DNA of 64,000 bases from Dehalococcoidia bacterium (GTDB lineage: Bacteria > Chloroflexota > Dehalococcoidia > Lucifugimonadales > UBA2985): positions 448,895 to 512,894 of the forward strand of contig OZ253588.1 in the NCBI GenBank assembly GCA_965263185.1, written 5' to 3'. The notes below the pieces were generated by a model, which saw only the letters and a list, made by a program, of their open reading frames with translations, ran no database searches and was not told where the DNA came from. Positions 54,482 through 63,708 of this stretch are shown here, one piece after another (positions within the stretch are counted from its first letter, which is position 1; every line of letters begins with the position of its first letter). Made by a program: the position numbers and the translations under genes.

Positions 54482-57046
54482 CTAGCCGGCAGGAGCGGCC
54501 TCACCAACCTGCTTCAGGTGCGATGAGAGCGCCCTCTTTATACGACGCCAAGACCAGACCAGGCGTATCTCCTCCATTGCCGTGGGCCTTATCCCGCCAT
54601 ACGTCTCACGCACAAAGCTCCTGGACACCAGGTTCACCTCCTCCCTCACCTCCGGTATCAGCGCCGACAGCCTCTGCGAAAACTCCAGCGCCGTCTGCGA
54701 ACGCGACGGCGGAAAGCCCAGGAAGCCAACCAAACGGTACACTCTCTCGTACACCGTCTGTCCAGTCCCCAACCTGCCGTACTGCCTCATCCACAGGACC
54801 CGCAGCAGGACAACCCCTATCACTACGAACAGGAGGAACAGGCCCCCTCCCAACCCCAGGGGTGTGCCAAAGTAGCGCACCGGGAGGGGCTTGGGGCCAT
54901 CGCCTCCGGACAAGGGGCCTCCCGACTCATCCAGGATAGTGTCATCTGCCAGCGGGTCCAGCGACCCACCCAAGTCGGACAGCTCGCCGCTGCCTTCAGT
55001 TGCGGACAAGCTGTCAATGGCAAAGGGGCTTGCTGGGAGGCTGCGTGAGCGGAGTGGATAGATGGGAGTGGGTTCAAAGGGCACCCATCCCACCTCGCCA
55101 AAGTAAACCTCCGGCCAGGAGTGGCTGTCCTTGTCACGCACCATGAAGCCCTCCGCATCGGGGTCAACCTCTCCAAAGCCAAAACCAAGCACCAGGCGGG
55201 TGGGAATTCCCTGGATCCTCAGCATTATAGCCATAGAGGAAGCGAAGTAATCGCTGAAGCCTTCCCCGGACTCAAACAGGAAGTAGTCCACGGTATCGGC
55301 GTCATGGGGAATGTCCTGCTGCGCGACGGTATACTCCAGGCCTCTCAGGTAGGCCTCAACGGCCACAGCCTTGTCGTAGGGGTTGGTTGCCCCGGACGTA
55401 AGGTCGGATGCCAGCGCGGAGACTCTATCGGGCAGCGAGCTTGGCACTTCAAGGTAACGTTCCCGTATCCCCGGTGGGTACAAATCCAGAGCGCTCCGCA
55501 TGGCTTCCTCGCTGGCGTAGACGAACTGCGAGGTAACGCTATATTGGCTACCTTCCTCCAACCGATCAAAGGGCTCAATGGAGACGGTAGAGGCTATCTC
55601 CGGCAGCCGCTCCACCTCCAGGCCCACCGTCCTTCCCGGTCCCTCAAGGGCTTGCCTCAGGTCTGAGTAGTAGGAAACCGTTTCCGTATCCAGCTCTGTA
55701 GTGGTCCTGCCACCGGAGGGAGACTCGTCCTTGATCACCTCGGTCACCACCATATCTTGCGGGATGCTCCACACCTCCGGGTTTCCCGATGCGCCCGACG
55801 AAGCGTTCAGCGAGACAGCCAGCCTCTGCATGTCCTCAGGCAAGTCCCAGTTCTCTTCCGTGTTGGCCATATCCACCCGGAAACTCTTGGGGGCAGGGAT
55901 ATTCTGTTGGGCGTTGGGTCTCATGTCAACCACGTTCCCCGCCACCATGAGGTACGGAGAGTTCACGTGCATCTCCACTGTGTAGGCAACGCCTGCCAGG
56001 CCCTCCTCTTCTTCATCCACAGTCTCCTGTCCCACCGAGATCATGGGCCTGGCCATGGTTTCCTCCACCTTCCACGCCTTGCCGGTGTACTCGTCATAGG
56101 CTACGGCAGGCCAGTAGAGTGGATAACGGGCGCTTGAGAAGAGGATTGGGTCCTCGTCAGTGGGCACCGGCCGTAGCAACGGCAGCACCGACCCAAAGAA
56201 GCGTATGGAAGAGGGATCGTGGCTCGGCACTGCGCCGAATATCCGGTAGAGTTCATCCTGAAGCCCATCCACCATCCTGTCCACAGGCTCGAAAACCCAC
56301 TCCAGGGGCGAGGCAGGGTCCTCCCCAATGGGGGCAACCACGGTTATCCCCAGAATGACGGCGCTCAGCAAGAGGCCGTGGGCCAGGGACAGGCGATGAA
56401 GCGAGGTTGGGTGAGGTGTACCCTGCGCCTGAAACAGAGCGCGCATGTTCACGCTGTTCATGTGCGCCAGCATCATTAGGCCAAAGAAGAGAAATACGAA
56501 CAGGTAGATGGAGAACCGTTCCGGCAGATACGTCAAGTTGATTACCACTCCCATACCCACCGGCAGGAGGACTGCCCACACGTTTCTATGCTTGAAGAGA
56601 GCCCAGGAAGTGAGATAGGCCACCACCCAGATTATTGCAATAATTGTGATGGAGAGGGGCAGGCTATCCGTCGTAGCGTCGTTTCCAACTATGGCAGACC
56701 ACCACTCCGCCAACCTGCTGTTCAGCTCTCCGAACCTCAGGTACCACTGATCGGCCTCTGTGAGGTATATACCGCCAAGGTAGGCTAGGAGTCCCCCAGC
56801 CAGGAGAGACAACGCGTGGTACGTCTTGGTACGCTCCTTGAGGTCCACCGGCAGTAGCGCGGCCAACGCCCCCAGGAAGGCGATAAGCGCAAGAGGCGGC
56901 GACTCCACCCAACCGGCGGACTGCACCGATGCGGCGGCCGTTGCCAGGATGGCCACCTGGAGCCAGAAGGTGACGTTGAGCCCCTGAAAGAGGTTCCTTA
57001 CCCGGTAGGTCGGCGAAAGATGGGAGACCCCAGCTTGCGCGGTCAT
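54482..57046 (-). CDS. Polytopic transglutaminase-like protein (TgpA-type: N-terminal TM bundle, TGase-like core, C-terminal TM + DUF4129-like tail); catalytic Cys replaced by Ser
   Basis: Core reads DYFLFESGEGFSDYFASSMAIMLRIQGIPTRLVLGF...DSHSWPEVYF..GWVPFEPT. The canonical family motif is G(Y/F)CEHFA...H.W.EVY...W...DPT. Confidence 0.85.
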   Translation of the reverse strand: MTAQAGVSHLSPTYRVRNLFQGLNVTFWLQVAILATAAASVQSAGWVESPPLALIAFLGALAALLPVDLKERTKTYHALSLLAGGLLAYLGGIYLTEADQWYLRFGELNSRLAEWWSAIVGNDATTDSLPLSITIIAIIWVVAYLTSWALFKHRNVWAVLLPVGMGVVINLTYLPERFSIYLFVFLFFGLMMLAHMNSVNMRALFQAQGTPHPTSLHRLSLAHGLLLSAVILGITVVAPIGEDPASPLEWVFEPVDRMVDGLQDELYRIFGAVPSHDPSSIRFFGSVLPLLRPVPTDEDPILFSSARYPLYWPAVAYDEYTGKAWKVEETMARPMISVGQETVDEEEEGLAGVAYTVEMHVNSPYLMVAGNVVDMRPNAQQNIPAPKSFRVDMANTEENWDLPEDMQRLAVSLNASSGASGNPEVWSIPQDMVVTEVIKDESPSGGRTTTELDTETVSYYSDLRQALEGPGRTVGLEVERLPEIASTVSIEPFDRLEEGSQYSVTSQFVYASEEAMRSALDLYPPGIRERYLEVPSSLPDRVSALASDLTSGATNPYDKAVAVEAYLRGLEYTVAQQDIPHDADTVDYFLFESGEGFSDYFASSMAIMLRIQGIPTRLVLGFGFGEVDPDAEGFMVRDKDSHSWPEVYFGEVGWVPFEPTPIYPLRSRSLPASPFAIDSLSATEGSGELSDLGGSLDPLADDTILDESGGPLSGGDGPKPLPVRYFGTPLGLGGGLFLLFVVIGVVLLRVLWMRQYGRLGTGQTVYERVYRLVGFLGFPPSRSQTALEFSQRLSALIPEVREEVNLVSRSFVRETYGGIRPTAMEEIRLVWSWRRIKRALSSHLKQVGEAAPAG

Positions 57047-58284
57047 GATCGCGCTCCTACTCGCTCGCCCGTCTCAGAGGCGCCGGTGAGACGCCAGGGG
57101 TGCCGCAAGGCCAGCGAAATGTCTTCGCCCTTCCTGAGCAGGTAGGTGGGCGCTCCCCTTCGCTGAAGCCGGCTGATGAGGAGCCTGGGGTCGCCGGCTG
57201 CGCCAAAGGACGTGGGGTCCACCAGGACTGCCGTTGCCGAGATGCCCTGCCGGATCGAGGACTCCAGGGCAACGCTCCATCCAAGATCCAGGGAGGAGGT
57301 GACCACCACCAGAGAAACGGTCGGTGATGGGATATTGGACTGCCAGTAGCTTATGAGCTCTCTCAGAGGAACGGCGCCCTCGGCGCGCGCCTCGGTCAGG
57401 GCCATGCATATGCGGTCAAACGACGGAGGGCCTTCCTGGGGCGCCAGGGTATACACGCGGTCTCCGAAGGACATCAGCCCCACCGCCCATCCCAACTCTG
57501 AGTAGCTTTTGGCAACGGAGGCTGCCGCAGTTATCGCATACTCCTCCGTATTCTCCAGCTCATCCCCTTGCTTGACCTCCCTCTGGAGGTCAAGGAGTAT
57601 CCAGGCCACGTCCTCCATTCCGCTGTCAAACTGCTTGAGCATAAGTTTCCCCCTGCGAGCCGTCGCAGGCCAGTGGATGAATCTGGCGCTGTCCTCTGAT
57701 CGGTATTCCCGGATGGTAGAGGCTGTGACGGAGGCTTCGGGAGCGCTCCTCAAAAGCAACCCTTCTCCAATGATGTCCCCCTGGGATGCGGAGAACGGCG
57801 GAATATCCACCATGTAAGGCAGCACCGCAAACTGCTCCGTGCCCGGCTTTCTGAGGCGCAGCCCAAATATGCCGAAGGGGTCTCGACTGGTAACGACCGG
57901 CTCTCCAATCCTGTAGACGCCCCGCTTCATCATGGGAATTCTCAAGATCACTGGACACTCTCCAAAGGGGGCCAGGTTGATCACCGCCGCCGTATTGTGG
58001 CCGGGCATCTCGGTCAGGTCCCTCACCTCAAGGCCGAACTTGGGCAGCGGGCTGGAGCTGCGAACAACGGCGTGGCTTTCCAGGTACTCTCCAACTCGGA
58101 GCTTGCCGTACGTCCTGTTGGAGGTGACGTTCGTCCCCATGCGATTCAGGAAAGCCCACAACAGGCTGAATGACATCACCAACGCGGTGAGGAAGAACAC
58201 GCGAAAGTACACGGGAACGCCGGAACCCAGCGCCAGGAGAAGGGTGACAGCCAGCAATAACGATATGGCGTATATGCGCTTCAT
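57043..58284 (-). CDS. DUF58-domain protein
   Basis: Two N-terminal TM helices, then IREYRSEDSARFIHWPATARRGKLMLKQFD, the DUF58 signature. 4-nt overlap with the downstream TGase gene. Confidence 0.88.
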   Translation of the reverse strand: MKRIYAISLLLAVTLLLALGSGVPVYFRVFFLTALVMSFSLLWAFLNRMGTNVTSNRTYGKLRVGEYLESHAVVRSSSPLPKFGLEVRDLTEMPGHNTAAVINLAPFGECPVILRIPMMKRGVYRIGEPVVTSRDPFGIFGLRLRKPGTEQFAVLPYMVDIPPFSASQGDIIGEGLLLRSAPEASVTASTIREYRSEDSARFIHWPATARRGKLMLKQFDSGMEDVAWILLDLQREVKQGDELENTEEYAITAAASVAKSYSELGWAVGLMSFGDRVYTLAPQEGPPSFDRICMALTEARAEGAVPLRELISYWQSNIPSPTVSLVVVTSSLDLGWSVALESSIRQGISATAVLVDPTSFGAAGDPRLLISRLQRRGAPTYLLRKGEDISLALRHPWRLTGASETGERVGARS

Positions 58285-59171
58285 GGCTGCTCTGCCTGTG
58301 CCGATGTCCCGCTATCCACCTCTGGCTCGGCTTCGTACACATCGCCGTCCTTAAAATACACCTCCCAGCCGGCCATGAGAGCGGCCATCGCAGCCAGGGC
58401 GCCTGGGATGGTCCATGCCAGCACGGGCAGCAACGGATACCGGTCGAACGGGACGTGCTCGACGTCCGCCAGGAAGTGGGGGCCGCTGTAAGACCAGGTG
58501 GACACCCACTCCAAGCCCAAGCCGGTTGCCAGCAGCATGGCAATCCCAACGGCCGCCAGTCCCTTGCGGGCAAGGACTATCGCCAGGACTATAAGGCTGC
58601 TGATTCCAACGGGGATCATCACAACGAAGAACAGGCGATGGGGAACGAATATCAGTATGGAGCGGTTGGCAACGTCCCCAATCAGGGCCGCGCTGAAATA
58701 TAGGACCGCTATCGCCGATAGCAGTCCAACGCAGAGGAACGCTATGGAGGTCCGGTTGCCCCTCAAGCCGGGAATGGCCGTCTCCAGGAAGAGGAAGAGC
58801 AGAATGGGAATGGCCGTGGCGTACTGCCAAAGGGGAGGCGCCAACTCCTGAATGTCCAGGAGAGTGGGAGTATCGTACTCTATGGGGAGAACCTGAAGCG
58901 CGGGCATAAGGATGAGCAGGGCAATACAGACTCCCCAAGAAGCCAGCGCCATCGTCCGGCGTCCTGAAACGGCAAAGGAGCCTGCCTGGAGCGCAAGGGC
59001 GCCCAGGCCAAGGGTCGCCAGCACAGCAGGCAGCTGGAGCAGGGGCTTGGGCTGACTCTGAGCCTCCACCAGCAGAACGCCGGACGCGGCAACCAGGGAC
59101 ACGCCAACGGCAGCGGCCGCCAGCCGGGTCAGCCCGTTTGCCTGTAGGTATGAGACACGGTCCATCTCCAT
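58281..59171 (-). CDS. Polytopic membrane protein (hypothetical), first gene of the DUF58/TGase/MoxR cluster
   Basis: About 8 hydrophobic segments. 4-nt overlap with the DUF58 start. No recognisable motif. Confidence 0.6.
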   Translation of the reverse strand: MEMDRVSYLQANGLTRLAAAAVGVSLVAASGVLLVEAQSQPKPLLQLPAVLATLGLGALALQAGSFAVSGRRTMALASWGVCIALLILMPALQVLPIEYDTPTLLDIQELAPPLWQYATAIPILLFLFLETAIPGLRGNRTSIAFLCVGLLSAIAVLYFSAALIGDVANRSILIFVPHRLFFVVMIPVGISSLIVLAIVLARKGLAAVGIAMLLATGLGLEWVSTWSYSGPHFLADVEHVPFDRYPLLPVLAWTIPGALAAMAALMAGWEVYFKDGDVYEAEPEVDSGTSAQAEQP

Positions 59172-59419
59172 GCTCTTCTGGACCTCCGCTCCCCAACGAC
59201 CGGATAGAAAAAGACGCCTTCATCACTACGGTTGATGCCAGCGTCCCCTGATAGATTGTACCACTTCACTCGCCGACAGCCAATACGGATTTTAGGTTCC
59301 TGCCGCGCCATGAAAAGTAGGCTTCGCCAATGACCGCGCGTAGACTACGACATTCGTACCAGGCGCGAGGGGGACTACCGCCAACCGCCAGTTGGGAGGG
59401 CGGCCGGTTGCATACCGGG

Positions 59420-61438
59420 CTACAGCTTCCTGGACGCCGGGCTTGCGTCGCGCTCCGGCTCCCTGCCGGAGGCCATGACCTTGCGCAACTCCACAACCTC
59501 GTCCCGCAGCAGGGCAGCCTTCTCGAACTCCAGCGCCCTGGCCGCCAGCTTCATCTGGGACTCCAGGTCCTTGATAATCCTCAGCAGGTCGTCCCTGGGC
59601 ATATCACGGCGTACCTGGTAGGTGGGGCGTTTCTCGGCCACGGTCTTGACCCGCTCCGTTATGTCCCTGATGGCCTTGTGAATGCCCTGGGGCGTTATGT
59701 CATGCTCCCTGTTGTACGACTCCTGGACATCCCGCCGGCGATAGGTCTCGTCGATGGCCTTCCGCATGGAGTCGGTAATGTTATCGGCGTACATGATGAC
59801 GTGTCCATCGGAGTGACGGGCCGCTCGCCCAATGGTCTGTATGAGAGACGACCCGGAGCGCAGGTAGCCCTCCTTGTCCGCGTCCAGAATGGCCACAAGG
59901 CTGACCTCCGGCAGGTCAAGGCCCTCTCTGAGAAGGTTGATGCCCACCACCACGTCGTACACCCCCAGGCGAAGGTCTCGGAGTATCTCGCTGCGCTCCA
60001 GCGTGTCGATCTCCGAGTGGAGATAGTGGGTCTTGACGTTCATCTCCTGGAGATAGTCCGCCAGTTCCTCCGCCATGCGCTTGGTCAGGGTTGTGACCAG
60101 GCAGCGCTCTCCCTTGTCAACCCGCAGGCGTATCTGGTACAGCAGGTCGTCTATCTGTCCCGTGGTGGGCTTCACCTCAAGGGTGGGATCCAGCAAGCCC
60201 GTGGGGCGTATGACCTGCTCCACCACCTGCTGGCTGTGATTGTACTCGTAGGCGCTGGGCGTAGCTGAGACGTATATCACCTGATTTATGTGCTTCTCCA
60301 CCTCCTCAAAGTTCAACGGCCGGTTGTCCATGGCGGACGGCAGCCGGAAGCCGAAGTCCACCAGGGTCCGCTTTCTGGCCATGTCGCCGTGGTACATCCC
60401 GTGCAGCTGGGGAATGGTCATGTGGCTTTCGTCCACAAACAGCAGGTAATCGTCCGGGAAGTAGTCCAGAAGACACCAGGGAGTGCTTCCCCTGGCGCGT
60501 CTTCCCAGGGGGGCGGAGTAGTTCTCCACCCCGGAGCAGTAGCCGGCCTCGCGCAGCATCTCCAGGTCGTACCGGGTGCGGTTCTCAAGGCGCTGGGCCT
60601 CCAGGAGCTTGCCCTGTTCCCGGAACCAGGCTACCCGCTCCTCCATCTCCGCCTCGATGTCGCGGATGGCAAGGTTCAGCTTCTCCTGAGAGGTGACGAA
60701 GTGCTTGGCCGGGTATATCGCCACCGAGTCCCGCTCTCCAAAGACCTCTCCGGTCAGGGGGTCCACCTCCACGATACGCTCCACCTCATTGCCCCAGAAC
60801 TGTACCTGCACGGCCACTTCTTCGTACGCGGGCAGGATCTCCAGGGTATCGCCCCGGACCCGGAACTTCCCCCTGGAGAGGTCCATGTCGTTGCGTTCAT
60901 ACTGCTGGTCTATCAGACGTCTGATGAGAGCGGAGCGATTGCTCTGCTCCCCCTTGTTGAGAAAGAGCACAAAGCTCTGGTACTCCTCCGGAGAGCCCAG
61001 GCCATAGATGCAGGAGACCGAGGCCACAATCAGCACGTCCCGCCGGGTGAGGAGGGATCGGGTGGCGGAGTGGCGCAGCTTGTCTATCTCATCGTTTATG
61101 TCCGCGTCCTTCTCCACGTAGGTGTCCGTCTGGGGAACGTAGGCCTCCGGCTGGTAGTAGTCGTAGTAGGACACAAAGTACTCGACGGCGTTGTTGGGGA
61201 AATACTCCTTAAACTCCGTGGCAAGCTGGGCCGCCAGGGTCTTGTTGTGGGCTACGACCAGTGTGGGGCGTTGGACCCTTTCGACGACGTTGGCCATCGT
61301 GAAGGTCTTACCGCTTCCCGTGACGCCCAGCAGGGCCTGATGCCGGAAGCCTTTGTTAACCCCTTCCACGAGCTGGTCAACGGCCCCGGGCTGGTCCCCC
61401 GTGGGCTTGTAGTCCGAGACTATCTGAAAGTCAGGCAT
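59420..61438 (-). CDS. uvrB: Excinuclease ABC subunit B
   Basis: [35 protein letters not shown] box, C-terminal UVR domain [16 protein letters not shown] at 61438 preferred; the ORF is open to 61456. Confidence 0.96.
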   Translation of the reverse strand: MPDFQIVSDYKPTGDQPGAVDQLVEGVNKGFRHQALLGVTGSGKTFTMANVVERVQRPTLVVAHNKTLAAQLATEFKEYFPNNAVEYFVSYYDYYQPEAYVPQTDTYVEKDADINDEIDKLRHSATRSLLTRRDVLIVASVSCIYGLGSPEEYQSFVLFLNKGEQSNRSALIRRLIDQQYERNDMDLSRGKFRVRGDTLEILPAYEEVAVQVQFWGNEVERIVEVDPLTGEVFGERDSVAIYPAKHFVTSQEKLNLAIRDIEAEMEERVAWFREQGKLLEAQRLENRTRYDLEMLREAGYCSGVENYSAPLGRRARGSTPWCLLDYFPDDYLLFVDESHMTIPQLHGMYHGDMARKRTLVDFGFRLPSAMDNRPLNFEEVEKHINQVIYVSATPSAYEYNHSQQVVEQVIRPTGLLDPTLEVKPTTGQIDDLLYQIRLRVDKGERCLVTTLTKRMAEELADYLQEMNVKTHYLHSEIDTLERSEILRDLRLGVYDVVVGINLLREGLDLPEVSLVAILDADKEGYLRSGSSLIQTIGRAARHSDGHVIMYADNITDSMRKAIDETYRRRDVQESYNREHDITPQGIHKAIRDITERVKTVAEKRPTYQVRRDMPRDDLLRIIKDLESQMKLAARALEFEKAALLRDEVVELRKVMASGREPERDASPASRKL

Positions 61439-61525
61439 GGCGCCTTGACCGGGCACAGTATGGCAGCATAGTTGCCCCTATTCTAGCAGACCGTTGCGGG
61501 TGTATTCTATCCTCCGATCCTTCTC

Positions 61526-62329
61526 TCAACCCTCCGGAGAGGCCATCCACACCATATCCGCGCTGGTTTCGTCGAATGGGCTGCGCTCAAAGTCGCCGTA
61601 CAGCTCCTCCACGCGAAAGCCCGCCAGCTCCAGCAGGTGCTGCGCCTCAAACCGGTGCAGATACCGTATCTGAAACTCGCGGTAGAACCTTCTGACCACC
61701 TCTCCGTCCAGGTCCACCTCCTCCAGGATGGTGCGAGCATTGTTAATCTGGCTGTGGTTGTCAAAGCGGTTCTGGTGCCAGATGACCAGGCGGTGTCCCG
61801 TCTCAGGATGAGGAACGTCAAGGAAGTGGAACGGCGTGCTGCCGTCGTCGGTGAGCATGTCCAAGTCCGGAACGAATATGTCGAACGCCAGCCTGCCGCC
61901 GGGAGCCAGATGGCCCTTGATGCGTCGCAGGCAGTCGCGCTGCTCCTCCACGTTTAGGAGGGAGAGGAAGCCTCGAAAGGGTATGATGACCAGCGAGAAC
62001 TCCCGGCCCAGGGAGAACTCCCTCATGTCGCCCTGCATCCACGTGAGGTTGCCCAGGCCCCCGGACTTGGCGGCAGCCTCTTGCAGCATCCCGGATGAGC
62101 TCTCCAGCCCGACGACCTCTACCCCGCTCCGCGCTATGGGTATGGCCACCCTGCCGGTGCCGCTGCCCAACTCCAGGACAGGGCCGCCCGACCTCTCCGC
62201 CTCTTCCACGTAGAAGGGGATGTCGTCCTGCTTCCAGGCGAAGGCCCAGTCGTACAGGCCGGCCCACTGGTCAAAGGGGTTCACAGGTAGCGCCTCCATG
62301 AAGAATCGACTCTCCTCCCCTCCTGCCAT
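61526..62329 (-). CDS. Class I SAM-dependent methyltransferase
   Basis: VLELGSGTGRVAIPIA motif I, VVGLESS, post-I acidic residue, GGRLAFD. Confidence 0.85.
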   Translation of the reverse strand: MAGGEESRFFMEALPVNPFDQWAGLYDWAFAWKQDDIPFYVEEAERSGGPVLELGSGTGRVAIPIARSGVEVVGLESSSGMLQEAAAKSGGLGNLTWMQGDMREFSLGREFSLVIIPFRGFLSLLNVEEQRDCLRRIKGHLAPGGRLAFDIFVPDLDMLTDDGSTPFHFLDVPHPETGHRLVIWHQNRFDNHSQINNARTILEEVDLDGEVVRRFYREFQIRYLHRFEAQHLLELAGFRVEELYGDFERSPFDETSADMVWMASPEG

Positions 62330-62442
62330 GAACAGGGCTGCCCACTCTCCGCGCCGAGGTCAGTCCGGGAGGCGCGGGGCATTCAACGGTTCTGTTGCAT
62401 TAGCGGGGCATGAACCTGGAGGCGTTCTGTCGTGGGTTGGTT

Positions 62443-62787
62443 CTATGCCTTGTGGTATTTGCCATCTGGGGTAGCGTTGTGCTGGGGATTGGCCCCGGTG
62501 GCCTTGCGATGGGCAGCTATCTTGGCTGCCTCCACGCTTTCGGCCGCCTTCCTTGGGATAGCCCTCGTTTGAACCACGAGTTTGTCTCTGCCCGTCAGCT
62601 TGCCGGTCTGCTGATGTTCGGCCGCACGTCTGGTCGGGTTATTGGTTGTGCCGACATACTTGGTGTTGCCTTTGGCATCTTTCACTGCATACTGCACGGT
62701 CTTGCCCGATTTTATCTGTCCTTTAGGTGCTGGGCGTTTCGCGCTCCCACCCCCGCTCCTAGATGGTCTGCTTGCTCCTCTGGCCAT
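62443..62787 (-). CDS. Small GIY-YIG-superfamily protein with Arg/Gly/Ser-rich basic N-terminal tail
   Basis: VQYAVKDAKGNTKYVGTTNNPTRRAAEH has Y-x10-YVG-x7-R-x3-EH spacing. AAGGAGGAG lies 5 nt upstream of the ATG at 62787. AT-richer than the flanks. Confidence 0.6.
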   Translation of the reverse strand: MARGASRPSRSGGGSAKRPAPKGQIKSGKTVQYAVKDAKGNTKYVGTTNNPTRRAAEHQQTGKLTGRDKLVVQTRAIPRKAAESVEAAKIAAHRKATGANPQHNATPDGKYHKA

Positions 62788-62839
62788 GGATTCTCCTCCT
62801 TCTGGTCTATATGCTTTTGGGCATCGCAACAGAACCCAT

Positions 62840-63595
62840 TCAACCCTTGTACTGGTCCAGGGCTTCATCAGGGAAGTCGGCGTTGGTATAAACCTTCTGG
62901 ATGTCATCCAACTCCTCAAGGTGGTCCAGAAGGCGCAGGGTCTGATCGGCCACGCGAGTGTCCAGGAGGACTGTGTTGCGAGGCACCATGGACGTTTCGG
63001 CGGAGGTTACCTTCACCCCCTGCTGCTCAAGGGCGCTGCGCAGGGACTCCAGGTTCTCCTGGCCGGTGTAAAGCTCCAGGTAGGAGCCGTCCAGCTTGAA
63101 GTCCTCGGCGCCGGCGTCTATGGCTGCCAGAGCTATGTCGTCTCCCAGGTCCGGCTCCACCTCGGCGGTGACGACTCCACGGAATTCAAAATTCCAGGAC
63201 ACGCATCCGGCCTCGCCAAGGCTGCCGCCCGCCCTGGTGAAGGAGGCGCGCACGTCCGAGACGGTGCGTTTGCGGTTGTCGGTCAGGGCATGGAGCATGA
63301 TGGCTACCCCGCCGGGGCCATATCCTTCGTAGAGGGCCTCCTCCAGGCCGTCGCCGCCGCCCTCGCCGCTGCCGGCGCCCCGCTTGATGGCGCGATCTAC
63401 GTTGTCCAGCGGCATATTGCTCTCCCTGGCCTTCTGGACGGCCAGCCGCAGGCGCACATTCATATCGGGGTTGTCACCGCCCTGCCTGGCCGCCACAGTT
63501 ATCTCACGGGCCAGCTTGGTGAACAGCTGGCCGCGCCGAGCGTCTGTGACCCCCTTCTGGTGCTTTATTGTTGACCACTTGGAGTGACCGGACAT
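62840..63595 (-). CDS. yebC: YebC/PmpR family DNA-binding transcriptional regulator
   Basis: MSGHSKWSTIKHQKG...ARRGQLFTKLAREITVAAR. Confidence 0.93.
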   Translation of the reverse strand: MSGHSKWSTIKHQKGVTDARRGQLFTKLAREITVAARQGGDNPDMNVRLRLAVQKARESNMPLDNVDRAIKRGAGSGEGGGDGLEEALYEGYGPGGVAIMLHALTDNRKRTVSDVRASFTRAGGSLGEAGCVSWNFEFRGVVTAEVEPDLGDDIALAAIDAGAEDFKLDGSYLELYTGQENLESLRSALEQQGVKVTSAETSMVPRNTVLLDTRVADQTLRLLDHLEELDDIQKVYTNADFPDEALDQYKG

Positions 63596-63708
63596 CTAAC
63601 CATCTCCTGAAAGAGAATTCGGCTAACCCGCGTAGGGATTCTAACATCGGCAGCCGTCAAGGTCAAAACGGTGTACGGGGTCAGGAGAGAGGCGGCTTGA
63701 GGGCGTCG

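Noticed and set aside
58351-59226. 291-aa alternative-frame minus-strand ORF overlapping the polytopic membrane protein gene
   Set aside because: The translation is Pro/Arg/Gly-rich. The co-located frame (58281-59171) gives coherent TM helices and is translationally coupled to DUF58.
59330-61471. 312-aa and 393-aa plus-strand ORFs
   Set aside because: Both are antisense to uvrB, which has clear helicase and UVR motifs.
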